From Trichoplax adhaerens (taxonomy: Eukaryota > Animalia > Placozoa): DNA of 64,000 bases. Position 1 is the first letter of the stretch, and each line of letters starts with the position of its first letter. The position numbers and the translations under genes were made by a program. This document shows, piece by piece, positions 1 to 13,670 of the stretch. The stretch covers positions 1,126,297 through 1,190,296 of the forward strand of contig NW_002060951.1 of assembly GCF_000150275.1 (NCBI RefSeq), in the 5' to 3' direction. The notes below the pieces were generated by a model. It had not been told where the DNA came from. It was given only the letters and a program-made list of their open reading frames with translations, and did not search any database.

Positions 1-629
1 TCATTTTCATTCAATCAATATTCTAATTGAATTTACTGCATTTTAACATACAATACTGTTCTCTTGATTAATTGCAATAACGGACGACATCGTACCATTG
101 CGCGTACCATGGACTATGGTAGTAGAAAAGTCGATATGCAATCGAATCGTCCATAATCCACACCGTGCATTGCAGGATTGCCGTTGCAGCGCACTCTGTG
201 ACATGACTGGATGAACTGGTTATGCCTCTATTTTTACTCCATGCCACTCCGACATAGCCGCCTAGGCTACTACAAGTGGTCATGTCCACTTATTGTCCAT
301 GTTAGTACAAAGTTCAAAGTACGCTAGCACGCAAAGCCGATGGTGTTCTCTCCCACAGGGACTTTTAACCGCAATTTTCTCTATTGACTAATTTACAAAC
401 AACTTGATATTAGACCACGATTGCAACGTCATTTGTAGAAGGTGCAGAAACTACTACCTATCAAATGGTGTAGTGTGCTGTTATGGAAAGCTCTGATCAA
501 TATCAATCCATGACTTGTGCAACCGATCGTACATTCACCAGTGCTAATGTTTGTATTCGAAATGTCAAAGAGGATCATGTAGCTCAATATTGGGAGTCCA
601 ATCAAAATAATTAAAAATCATCAACAGCG

Positions 630-1666
630 AATGTTGCTCAAGGTTGTAAAGATCTGTTTAAGTCGACTTTGGGGCAAATTTAAATTAGTGTCAGTTGGTA
701 GAAAAGTTTGCAAAATGTTTTGCAAATGTTGCTGAAGGTTATAAAGATCTGTTTACGTCGACTTTGGGCTAAATTGAATTAGTATCAGTTGGTAAAAAAG
801 TTTGCAAAATGTTTTGCTAATGTTGCTCAAGGTTGTAAAGATCTGTTTAAGTCGACTTTGGGGCAAATTTAAATTAGTGTCAGTTGGTAGAAAAGTTTGC
901 AAAATGTTTTGCAAATGTTGCTGAAGGTTATAAAGATCTGTTTACGTCGATTTGGGCAAATTGAATTAGTGTCAGTTGGTAAAAAAGTTTGCAAAATGTT
1001 TTGCTAATGTTGCTCAAGGTTGTAAAGATCTGTTTAAGTCGACTTTGGGGCAAATTTAAATTAGTGTCAGTTGGTAGAAAAGTTTGCAAAATGTTTTGCT
1101 AATGTTGCTCAAGGTTGTACTGTAAAGATCTGTTTACGTCGACTTTGGACCAAATTGAATTTATGTCTGTTGCTAGAAAAGTTTGCAAAACGTTTTGCTA
1201 ATGTTGCTCAAGGTTGTACTGTAAAGATCTGTTTACGTCGACTTTGGGCCAAATTGAATTTGTGTCAGTTGGTAGAAAAGTTTGCAAAATGTTTTGCTAA
1301 TGTTGCTGAAGGTTGTAAAGATCTGTTTACGTCGATTTGGGAGCAAATTGAATTTGTGTCAGTTGGTAGAAAAGTCTGCAAAATGTTTTGCTAATGTTGC
1401 TGAAGGTTGTAAAGATCTGTTTACGTCGATTTGGGGGCAAATTGAATTAGTGTCAGTTGGTAGAAAAGTCTGCAAAATGTTTTACTAATGTTGCTGAAGG
1501 TTGTAAAGATCTGTTTACGTCGATTTGGGGGCAAATTGAATTTGTGTCAGTTGGTAGAAAAGTTTGCAAAATGTTTTGCTAATGTTGCTGAAGGTTGTAA
1601 AGATCTGTTTACGTCGACTTTGGGCCAAATTGAATTAGTGTCAGTTGGTAGAAAAGTTTGCAAAAT
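630..1666. repeat. Minisatellite, 11 tandem units of 92-99 bp
   Basis: The unit ATGTTGCT(C/G)AAGGTTGTAAAGATCTGTTTA(A/C)GTCGA...GTTGGTAGAAAAGTTTGCAAAATGTTTTGC starts at 631, 726, 820, 915, 1007, 1102, 1201, 1300, 1394, 1488 and 1582. The ORFs at 1071-1727 are read-throughs of this repeat. Confidence 0.97.
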
Positions 1667-1853
1667 TGGCTCAGCTAATGACTCTACTGTAGGTACTTAC
1701 TGTATACTCCTACTCGGGTATGTTTAACAGTAGATCATGTAGTAGTCCCTGTTTCTAGCAAACTGTAGACTACTTAGGTCCAGCCCTTCAACCAGAGCGT
1801 GCCACGCCCATCTAGCCTGTGTACAGTGTACAGTACAGTACACTACAGTACTT

Positions 1854-2117
1854 GAAGTTGCTACTGTACTGTAGCGTGCTATGTGCTGAGTTGACAGTAC
1901 TGACTACTGTATGACTTGAGCCATTCAAGTCAGTACTGTACTGTCAAGAGACTCATCCTCCCTGGTACGGTAGAGTACAGTACAAAGGATACACGTACTG
2001 TACGAGAAGTTGCTACTATAGTGTGCTGTGTTGAGTCGACACTACTGACTACTGTATGACTTGAGCCATTCAAGTCGGTACTGTACTGTCAAGAGACTCA
2101 TCCTCCCTGGTACGGTA
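1854..2117. repeat. Direct duplication (~115 bp x2), each copy containing an inverted repeat
   Basis: 1854-1972 and 2006-2117 share GAAGTTGCTACT...ATGACTTGAGCCATTCAAGTC(A/G)GTACTGTACTGTCAAGAGACTCATCCTCCCTGGTACGGTA. Confidence 0.93.
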
Positions 2118-2493
2118 TGCTGCAGCCCTTTTGACCCTGACAGTACCGTTTTAGGGTCACTGTTCACATACCGTCAAACGCACATACGCCTGTCACTACA
2201 ACAGGTGACTCGCAGGTGACCCAACCCAAGTCAACCCCTACTGGTGTGAAAACCGAACAGTGACCACAGACCTCCATTTGCAAAGTGAAGAGGGAAAGGA
2301 TTCCAATGAAACTCCATTGAAATTCTAGTAATATTGGAAAAAAAATTGGCTGATTGCAGTAGTTTCTTACACTGGCAGACATCGAGTACAAGTTAATTTC
2401 TCTCACCTCATTTGTCAATCATTACTACATTACTCTCGGTATTACTAAACGACGACAAAATCATAGCCGCCGCGCTAACTACTAGAAGAGAAA

Positions 2494-5400
2494 ATGGCCC
2501 CATGGTAAGCTGCTAGTCATTTTTTTCATTGCAATGGACAACGAAATGATATTTTGACGGCGTTATAACAACTTCTTTTTCCTACAATCATTAGGAAAAT
2601 CAATGAAAGAAATTATCGAAGAGAATTACGTCAATTATCTCGTGAAAGCTCGACCGCTGACCATCCTCTGAGTGGTGTCACAGTAAAACAAGTAATATCC
2701 AACCCCCAAAATAACAAGACTAAATGAATTAATAACCATATCTACATCAATCGATATTCTACAATAATCACTACTCATTAGACTATACTAAACCATAGGT
2801 GTAATTCTCCACACTAATTTCCAACGGCAGTCTTCATTCCAGCACAATACTGTACAGTAATAGAAAGTAGACTGCAATACCTGATAGATAGTACAAACTT
2901 GTTGACTTCATAATTCATTCATGCTGCAAGCCTCAAACAAAAATAAACTCTTGTCCTTCAAAACTAATCTTACTTCATTATTTACGCATATCATCAGCTT
3001 CAAAACGACCCCAAGAAAGGGAAAAGTAGCGCAACTAAAACTAAAAGTAAATCAACAGTTCAAACGAGGTCCAACCCGTTGGATGGCAATGATCCATTGT
3101 CTGTTGCTAGCTCCGATCCTCTTTCATCAGCTATTTCGGACCCCTTGTCTGCAGCTACCAACGCCGATCCTCTATCTGCAGTCCATACCAAAGATGAGGT
3201 AAGATACTGTATGCAATGGCTATTTTATGCTCATGGACAATGTTATTTTTAACGGTTTTGCGGTTGTTATTCCGTTAAGGCGTTGTAATCATATTCTATT
3301 CAGTCTAAAATAGGCTACTTTAATTACAGAATAATTGTACTTTGAGCTCAATTTATTCATCTACTGTATAACAAATTCTTAGGTGTACGAGCAAAAGCAA
3401 AATTAGAGCCGCCACGCTATTATTTTGCTAAACTTCTATGACTCCAACAGCTGATTTATGCGTACACTAATTGATTATTGCGTTTCGTACAGTATAAACT
3501 ATTTCCTAATACGAACAAGAAATCATAACCACTTAATTTCATTTCTAGCCTAAGCAGACCGTGTCATCGATAAGCATAAATATCGATGCGTCCTTATACT
3601 GTACAGTATATACAGTACTGTAAATTGTACGTAAATAGGTGTTCTGTAGATACAGTATGAAGATCGCTAGTTCCGACTTTAATCATACATATTATATCCA
3701 TATCCACATTTAATAACACTGTACGTACGGCGTAGACGTGTGCAATCTGCACTATGTAGTGCAGTACAACATTGTGTTACTGGTCCATTGTAGCTCAGTT
3801 TACAATTACAAAGCAGCACACCATAGCACTACTCGATCTTGAAGATTGCTGTTCTGTTCGATGTTGTAATCATATATTCATCGAATATAAAGCTACTCTA
3901 TGAATAGGAAGCAATAAACGCTAATTTAAGACGCATATCGATACTGCTTAGCATAAATTGTAAATAAATTATTTTTTACTTATTGTTAATAGAAACGAAA
4001 CAGAAGCGGAACTGACGAAAGGATTCAAGATGAGAAATTTCTTTCTTGGAAAGACAAAAGAATTGCTATTTTAAATAAATACACAACCACGGAAAAATTA
4101 TCTATTGCTACTGTATGTTAAAATCTTAATACAAACTAAATAACATTGAAATTGAAATTATCAATACCGTCATGAAATAGTCGGATTTAAATAGTCATTT
4201 TGTTTTTTAACTATTTTTGATGCATCTTTAGAGCTTCTTCACTGCTGATGACAAGGAAAAACGTAAGTTATTGACCTTGATAGTCTCACGGGCTACTTGT
4301 GCACTAATGGTGACCTGATAACATAAGATTGCAAACACATTAATGACAGTACTTAGTCTTAAGTCAATGTAAATTATAGTATTCTCATTACTATGATTAA
4401 GATTAAGGATATATCGATTTCAATCATACTTTCTTGACAACAATTTAAAAGTTAAAGGAAATCAAGCCGTCACTACGGTTGAAGGAAAGGTCAAGCAACG
4501 ATTAGAAGAACTAAACAATTTAAATGAGGTTAACAAAATATTGCATAAATCGAGATAACCTTAATTCAATTTGTTTAATGAAATAAACTACCCGTTATCT
4601 TTAATTCAGCAATCCTATCACTCTCAGTTTAGAGGCATAGTAATTAATTTTTACCGTATTGCATCATTTAAAGAATGACACTATTACTTCATTGGCATTA
4701 GTAGTTAAGTTATTTATTAACTTTTTCATTAGGACTCAGCAAAAGAATTATTAAATCTGAACCAGAATGAATTTATCCAACACATCGATAATATGAATCA
4801 GGTATACATAAATAGAGCATAACTGCAGTAAAGCATTACAATTCATACCCGATTAGTAATCAAATTGTATCACCTCTTTCAGGCATTAATTAACGCATGG
4901 GAAGCTGATCAAAGAGTTAAGACTTTAAAAATTGCTATTCAAGTAAGTTATAGCACTGTATAATGAACTGGACATACTGTACATGAATATGAGTTATAGC
5001 GTTCTTGCTGCTAACTTTGCACATTTGTACCGTTTACGATGGATTATACAGTGTGCGAAATTACTCAACGACGTTTCGGTTATACAATTTTATCCTAGCA
5101 AATTTGTGCTAGTAACTGACGTATTGGATACGTTTGGTAAGAAAGCCAACTATTTTTACTATAGTTGTATTTTTTCATTTATGAATTAAGAAACTTTGCT
5201 AAAATTCTTAACAAAGAAGACTCTATTATAACGTCTGTTATCTTTGGCTATGATGTAGGTTTTCTAGTTTACGATCGGCTTCGACGCAAGTCGGCTGTTA
5301 TCAATCCAAAAAGTAACAAATTATCTGAACTACCAGGTATAGTATTCTAATAAACACTATTACCAAATGGCTGGCCTAATCAAATACTTTAAATAACTCC

Positions 5401-8400
5401 TTTTTTCGGTAGCTTAAATACCAATATCGTCATAACTTACAGTTGTTCGAATCTGTCTCTTACAGAAAATTTCTCACCCAATGACGTACCTGACCAAGCT
5501 AAAGAAACTTGCAGAAATTGGTTTTATAAAGTTGCTTCAATTCGTGAATTAATTCCAAGATTGTAATTACACTTTCTACCAATCCTACTACAATAGTATT
5601 ATGCAAATTAGCTATTGTCATCTAATTCCTAACATTAATCGTCTCGTAGTTATTTAGAATGTGCCATACTCCGCTGCTACAAATATATATCATTAGAGTA
5701 AGAATTTTGTTTCATTAGTTTACCAACATACTTGTAATAAATAGTATAATTAATAGAACTTTGAATGACTGAGTAATATTTCTTTTTCTCACTAAATTGC
5801 TCAGTGAGCACAAAAGGGTATTGATTAGGCTCGCACGTACGATAGCAGGAATTGGTGACCCTTTGGTTGCTGCTTACGCTAGAGCGTACCTATGTCGAGT
5901 TAGCATCATAATTAACTGCATTGTAATTCTAATTCTATTTCACTCAACTAATTTATGTTGCTGTTAAATATCGGTAGGTAGGGATTCTTGTTACTCCTTC
6001 CTTACGAGATTATTGCAATTTATGCCTAACAGATTTTTTTAAAACATATTCTCAGGTAACTATAATAAAATCTAAAATCTATTTACGATTATCAAGTACG
6101 CCTTGAATACATTTTTTTGTTGTTATTCATATTTTAGTTATCATCTGATGCCGTTCAAAATACACTTGCAAGTCAAGGCATAGGTAAAATACTGAACCCA
6201 ATTCATTAAAAACATATGCAATCGATCGATATTATACAGACTTTTTGGATTATTCCATACTAAGGGTTAGTCCAGTATTTCGACCTCTACTCACCTGCGG
6301 TTGAATGGGTTCTAAAATGTTGTCAGCACGATGCTACAGACGTACGTTAAGTTCTTACATAATAAAAGTCATAGCTTTTATAGTGCTATAGAAAAAAATA
6401 TTTTGAACATTAATTGTTATAGCCTTTAACTCAAAGTATTATATTATCCGTCAATATATGTTTAGGTTGCTTTAGAAAAATCCTTAAGTGTGTACAAAAA
6501 GGAATGCAACAGGTTGGAGACTGTATCTTAAAATTTATCATGCATACAATTAGAATCTACTAATTATTTCTATTATCAATCCCAGTGCACTGGTCTTAAA
6601 TAGCATGCTAGTCACACTGAAGGCGGAATTTGTCTCTAAACGGTAATAATACAATCTTATTGCTAGATAAAAAAAGTCTCAAATGATTACATTATCTTTT
6701 TTCTTATTATTTTTTATGCAGTAGCACTAACACATCTGTATATTTCTGGGTTTTTTAAATTCTACAGTGCTCAAGAATTTGTCGAACTAATCAAAGGCTG
6801 TGTTGAGTCTGGCTTTTCAAAAGTAAGATTTTTACATAACGGCTAGAATACAGTGCGATGATTTCTTTTCGGATTAATGGTAAAATTTTATCGTAGCATA
6901 ATTTATTTGCCAATTTTGGCATGTCCTTGATTGAGTATCCACCTATGGAAGACCAGAAATTACCTGTTCTCTCAGAAGTAAGCTTATTTTTGATCAAAAT
7001 ACCTTATGCAAGCTACATAACATCCTTTCATGAACAATCTATTACTCATTAAGGTTTGGAAAATTGTTATGAAATACAAGGATCCTGCGGTAATGAAAAC
7101 CCTCATCTATGATCAAATCCTTTTGATTTGTAGATAAGTTCTTAATATTAAAACTACTTTATTTGATGATCGTAGGACTATATGGCCTGCGCTTCTGTTT
7201 GGATTGAATATCCTGCGAAATACTTTTCGGTATAAACTATTTGTATGCGCTTTACGTCTAACTATTTCATACATGTGAGCGCTTTCGTAACGCTCACACA
7301 GCGTTACACTTCTCACATAGTTATTATTACCCCATACACGAGAACATATTTCCTGTCCCATATATTTAAGACTTATTTTAAATTGAAACTGCAGGTTCGT
7401 GAAGTGAACAAGTTATTAGATGACATTATTAAGCATTTACAGCCAGACAGGGCGTTTGAACATTTTTATCCTCAGGTATGCGCAGCCGGACCAATCTATG
7501 TTATATTACTTTATTAATCACTTTAAACTGCTAAATAAAATAATGTACCAATATATGAGCATTACAGTTCACCTTAATTTTAAGGACACAAAGTTAACTC
7601 ATTGAGTAAGGGACTCAGTGTATAGCTTCTATACACCTCCTAATGCTTATTAACCTTCTTTTTTAATACCTTCTTAATTAGTTGCACTCAATCGTAATAA
7701 GAATGCTAGATCATTTACATGACTTCAACGCCATCTTTTCAATGGTAAATTGTTTAATATTTCTATAAATTATAACTATTGTAAGCGCCCTGCCAGCATA
7801 AGAAAATTTGCCTCTGTTGTTGGAGTTCAAAAATGTCAAATTCTTCATTATTATTATTATTCTAACTTAATTAGGATAAATTTTTACCTTTCCTCGATAT
7901 GTTTCAAAAAGATTCTACGAAGCTTGAAGTGTTTCGTATTATTATTGATTGTTTCAATAAGTACGTATAATTTAAAATCCCTTTATTGAAACATCTCTTA
8001 GCCTATCGCTTATGACTCTAGTTTGAGCTAATTAGGATTCGCTAATACTATAGGTATCAAGAAGATGCAGTTAATGATCCTATGGTCGTAAATGGTTTAA
8101 TATTTGTGTCTAAATCGCTTCATGATTCTGTAAAGTAAGTGTCATTCTGTAAGCATGAGTTTTAGGAGAAATTCTTAGATCTACCAAAGATCAGTGATAA
8201 TCTCATCCATACTAGAAGAATCTAAACCATTCCCTTTTTCTAAAGTTCCTTAGCCTTAGAAGATTCGAAAAGAGAAATAAGTAACCTTATCACAGCATTC
8301 ATACAGAAGGTATGTGTAAATTTATTACCTACTTTCAAGAAATCATTTACCCATAGTTGACAACTGTACCAATGACGCCCATTAAGGTTGATTTTGGCCG

Positions 8401-10308
8401 AGATTTTGAGCAACAGTTAAATTTCTATGTCGACGCACGCTCTTTCTTTACAGCGCTGGATGCAGTTGTAATACAGCTTGTGCAGGTAAGATCAACTACA
8501 AGGTTTACTCTATCACATTACGAAAAAAGGATAATTTCCTAAGAAATTTATTAATCTAATAACTTGCTGTTATAGTGTTTTAATAGCTTAGCAATGAACA
8601 CCTTGGAGGTTGTCAAAGGCTCGCATACCCATAAAACCTCATCCTTTGTTCGAGCATGCATTGCTAACTGTTTTATCACTATACCTTCGATAACTAATAT
8701 ATTTGACCGTCTCCAACTATATTTGTTGTCGGCAGAAGTAGCCGTAATCAATCAGGCATATCCACAAGGTATAATTAGAGTTTATAGTTATTTTAACCCT
8801 CCAAAAATATAGTAAAGAATTATTGATGTTATATTTTGACCGTTGAACATTTTGATATTCCAAGCTGATGATATTTTAAAAGCCACCATACAGCAACTTT
8901 TACAAATTCCTCGAACGATGGGTAAACTTTGCCTTAACTAGTTTCAGTAAATATTAAACTGTACTTTTAATGTAAAGTATTTCTGATCATGTAATCTTCC
9001 ATATTTGTGCATATTATTACTGTGCAGAAATTGATAATCGGATTCGATCTACTGAACCCAAAGTTTTGGACTACCTAAGCCAATTGTTAGGATTCCTCCA
9101 ATATGTTCCGGTAAAATTATACATATTATCGAAATGAGAGCAGTATAGTATTCGCATAAATCACAATAAAAATAAATAATGGACCGTAATATTTAGGATA
9201 ATCCAGATCAAGGAGCTTTGTATCTACTCAAGGGCCTCCTAAATGTCTTGCAAAAATACCATTGGGACAGTGATCTAGGAAAAATTAAAATGTATATTAA
9301 AACAATTGGACTACTATCCGCAATGTGCCAGGTAAATCTCGGCTTAATGTACAGTATTTGCTATTTACAGTTAGCAAATACAATTTAAATTAATAATTTT
9401 ATTTTATATACATTATAGGATGGTTACTTGTATCAATTAAAAAATGGTTAGTATGTGAGCATATCATATTACTGTTGTTGTGAACTCACGACCATGAATT
9501 TTACTTCATAAATATATCTATTGTAATAATTGTATTGGATATAGTCGATTCCAATGACAAATTATATGGACAAGATAAGAAATTTATTGCAGAAGTTTTA
9601 CAAATAATTGATACACTGCATGAGGAAATTCGCCAATATATGCAATCAATTTCTTCTAAAGAGGTACGTTGGTGCACGATTTCTATCTCATAGAACGATT
9701 ACAGCGTCTACTGTAGCAATGGATTAGAACTTATTTTCAGATGGATATATCTCGTCATTTATGGTTATTAGATCTTAGCAATATTAATACTCAAAAATAC
9801 TAATCAATTATACTCCTTTTATTAGATATTAGCTGATGTTGCAATGCAATATTTTCATTGGTATGTAAATATAACCTTCATGATTGTAATAATTTATTTG
9901 TAGTCTTACCAGCTAATGTTAATATTGGACAGTTTAAATTTAAAATAGAGTAAAGTAAGGTGGGTAATTTGACTCGTATGGTATGAGGTATAATTAGATC
10001 TGTCTATTTTCTGTTTAACAGTATAATATCCCACGCCGATTTAAGTGATCAGCAAATGATGAGTTTTGCCATTAAATTATGGAACATTGTTAAGAAACAA
10101 GGTTGCGTAGATGCCAAAGTGATCGTAAGTATGAAGTAGACTCACAAACAGGTCACGAAGTTCAATCGCTATGTTCAGTATTTATTAAACTTTAGATAAT
10201 CCAGTGCATCAAAAAATTTCTATTTAGAACCGCACGATAGAGTACCTCAAAGGTAAAGCAAAGCTATCGACTAGTGGAGCCTACGATCAACTTGTTAACA
10301 GCATTTAA
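2494..10308 (+). CDS. VPS35L: VPS35 endosomal protein sorting factor-like (Retriever subunit, C16orf62), multi-exon
   Basis: Spliced translation MAPW|KINERNY...DHPL; DPLS repeats; [20 protein letters not shown]; [16 protein letters not shown]|[29 protein letters not shown]; [21 protein letters not shown]; [17 protein letters not shown]; [18 protein letters not shown]; [23 protein letters not shown]. Stop TAA at 10306-10308; GT-AG junctions. Confidence 0.95.
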
Positions 10309-10814
10309 AAAGAAGGCATCATAGCCATTAAAGCCATTAATAAACTTGTATTATAAGAAATTGGAATCATAAAATGCAATGAAATCTTACAAAAATATGG
10401 CAATGATGACACCATTTTTTATTAGACCTTTATTAACTAATAAACCATAATATTATAGTCGTAACAATAGTTTTACCAAAATCACGAAATGAATACTACT
10501 GTCAGTTAAATTTTTTATCACAGTTTCTGGTAACTATAATTAATTCTGCAGTACAATGCGTAAAATATCTGTGTAATTGTGTATGTACAGTGTCTTTCTT
10601 TACGATAATGCAATCCCTTCTGCAAATATTCTATTCATAAACTAATTTTCAACAGAACCATAGGTTTAGGATAGGTTTATTTCAATTGTGTTAAAGTATT
10701 TTAGAACGAATGTAATTAATACTTCTAGGCATAGGCGTTCAATATACATATGTATTTATATTGTCTATATATATACGGTTGAGCTAGAAATTTCTTTTTG
10801 TTTTAGTTACTATT

Positions 10815-13670
10815 TTAATCTTTTAATTTTTTCGCCGTATTATCTTTAAACAACGAAGTCACTATCTTGAAAGCTCCTCGAAGCATTTTGTAGAACCAAT
10901 AACAGTTCAGTACATCAGCAATAGCTGGTAGAATGATCAAAGCGAACACTTCTAAACTTGTCATAGCATTCAAGACACCCGTTTGCCAATAATGGTAAAT
11001 AACATGGTACTGAATAGGCGCGAGACACAGTCGCGATAGGAAAAACGAAGCAGTCATCAATAGTCCGTTGATGACGTAGATGGATGTTCCTCTTTCATAT
11101 TTACAAGCATCTAAGAACCACCTAATTTGAAAAGCAAGGAGGAAATAAAATATAACAGTTTACATAATATCCTTACTTAACAAATTCCAAGCTATAGAAG
11201 CAGTTATACAGGATGCAGTATTCAACTGTAAGAATTGAAACTACAAGATTAATTTTCGATTGGCTATAACATGAATTTAGGTTATTCATTAAGACAGTAG
11301 CACAATGCACACATTACCTTTGATTGACAAAAGGTGTCGATGCCTCAGATAACATTCTGAGAGCCGATATATAAGGTGCTATTCCTCCAGCCTAAGTGTA
11401 TTGATTATAATTATGATTACAATATTAACTGTTACAGAAATATCTGGATTTGATTTTGAAAAGTTAAGATTAAGCAATCAATCTTTACTATGGTAATTAC
11501 AATCTACCAGTTGAACTTGGCATCCTAATACGCCAATAACATGATGTATTATCATTCCGATATCATGGAAGGCATTATAATACCATAAAATAATAGCGAG
11601 ATCTTGCGCAGGTAATGGTTCACCCGGAAAAGTATAAGAAATGAAGACATTAAAGAAATAGATTTATCGTAAGAATTTTATTCACAAACTTTTTCGTGTC
11701 TTTAATTATTCATTAACAAACGACAAATACCTGCTATAAAATACCCATAAGAAATCTGGATACTGGCTTCAAGTATTGAAGGATTACCTCTGAAAATGGA
11801 TTGAGTAGCATCGATATTACTTTCTGGTATTGGCGTCACCGTACATAGTACCATAAGTGATAGCAATATTGTGGCACTTCTTGTACAGTGTACACAACAA
11901 AGTGTATCATATAGTGCAGTCCAGTATATACTACAGCTAGTTGATTTTACATAGTTTTAGATTCTAATTATCTTCAATATGAGTCTTGAAAAATTCGATT
12001 AAATTTTATTGCTTAAAACTTTTTATAATTTTTATATAATTTAACTGAATAGACTATTGTTAAATACAGTAGTAATATTTCATCTAGTAAAGTGTAAATT
12101 ACTGCAGTACATAACTATGTAGCTATATAAGTGAGATCATAAAAAATAAAAGTTACACTTTCGCAAACCCAGAGAACTGAACCTGGCATATGATTTTGTG
12201 CAGAATTGTGATGATTGGATGGTACAGACCAATGTGAAATGATAGTAAAATATCTTTTTACTACGTAACAGACACATAGTACCTTATTAGCCTGTGCAAT
12301 TATAATTACCACTTTGATTCCATATTATTAATTGTAACAAACCATACTATGCAAGTGACATGATATCTTTCTATTTTGCAATAACGAAGATAATTACTAT
12401 AGCTTTTACGTAAAATATCGTACATAATGAATTAGTTTCATTAATGTTGGCAGTTTCCATTTTAGCACTTTTCGTTGGATCAAGTATACTTGTATAGTAT
12501 CTAATTTGAGTTACAGCTAAAATCCTTACCGAGGATGATAAAGTGGAACCTGATCACCCAAAGCTATTGTACCACAGCAGATAATAACAATGACAGCGTG
12601 AATGTTAGAATAAATCCTATAATTAGAACAGCATGAATTATATATATTATTGGTGTATTAAAATTTTGAACTCAGAATATGAAAGAAAACATAGTTAAAG
12701 ATAGCCATGCTACTTCTCATGCGATTTTAGAATCTACTCTGTAAAGTAAATCAAGGTCACAACTAATTTCAACTCGATTTGCTGGATTATTACAACTAAA
12801 ATGGAATATCATCACTAAGAGCAATATTAGTATATATCGCAACTTGCAGTGCAAGCTTCACCGAGAAATTCTAGCTGACATGTTACAATAATAGGTAGAT
12901 TATGTAAACCTAACTTAGCAGTTATACTGCATTTTGTATCTTGCAAGCGCAAATGTAGACTAAACTATGTAGATTGATTGTAAATATCGTTATAGCATTG
13001 CAGTTAGTTATCCAGTTGATTCAATATGAAGCGTATTGATAAAGTTGTGAAACTGAACTATGAATTTTTAGTTTTCGCATTTTAGAGAAAAAATTAATCG
13101 TACGCAAAATATAATTTATTGATCGTTTATTTCTATACGTACATGCACATTATCTAGAATCTCACGAATAAAAATACAAAATATTATAAATCCTAACAAT
13201 GGTGTAGTATGGTCTATGCGTGTTAACTTGAGTTTGCACTACTGTATTGTGTGTGTTATTGTAATGATATAAATTTTACTGTATTGTGTAGGAAAGTTAG
13301 TTCTAATTTTTATATCCCATTCGATTGAGTAAGACGGTAATTTACTGCATTTTATCATCACTGTAATAGTTTAAGATGACAGTACTATTTGTATCGTCGA
13401 TTGCATGTACTAAAAACTTACGCAATCTCTTATTTATTTATAGTTAATACAATCTTAAGTAGTAAATTATGTCGTAGTTTTATTGAATAATAACCCTCAC
13501 CTGGTATCCCATTCGACTTGTTGGTAGAATGTTAATCGACTATAGTAAGACCAGCATATACTTGATATATACCGGCTTAAAAAAAAGAGAATAAAAAATG
13601 AAACGCAACTGACAGGAGCGTAAGAGTTCTTGTAATCAAGAAGATGTCGGTAAATCTGCTGATACTCCAT
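10815..13670 (-). CDS. TLC-domain membrane protein, TLCD4/TMEM56-like, about 6 exons
   Basis: Exon 1 (13501-13670) MEYQQIY...YYSRLTFYQQVEWDTR; then IYSNIHAVIV; ISYGYFIAD; MIIHHVI; RMLSEASTPFVNQR|WFL; VINGLLMTASFFLSR; LNCYWFYKMLRG. These are TLC-domain hallmarks. Confidence 0.88.

Noticed and set aside
630-1666. CRISPR array or repeat-protein gene
   Set aside because: There are no unique spacers, most unit lengths are not multiples of three, stops recur, and the context is eukaryotic.
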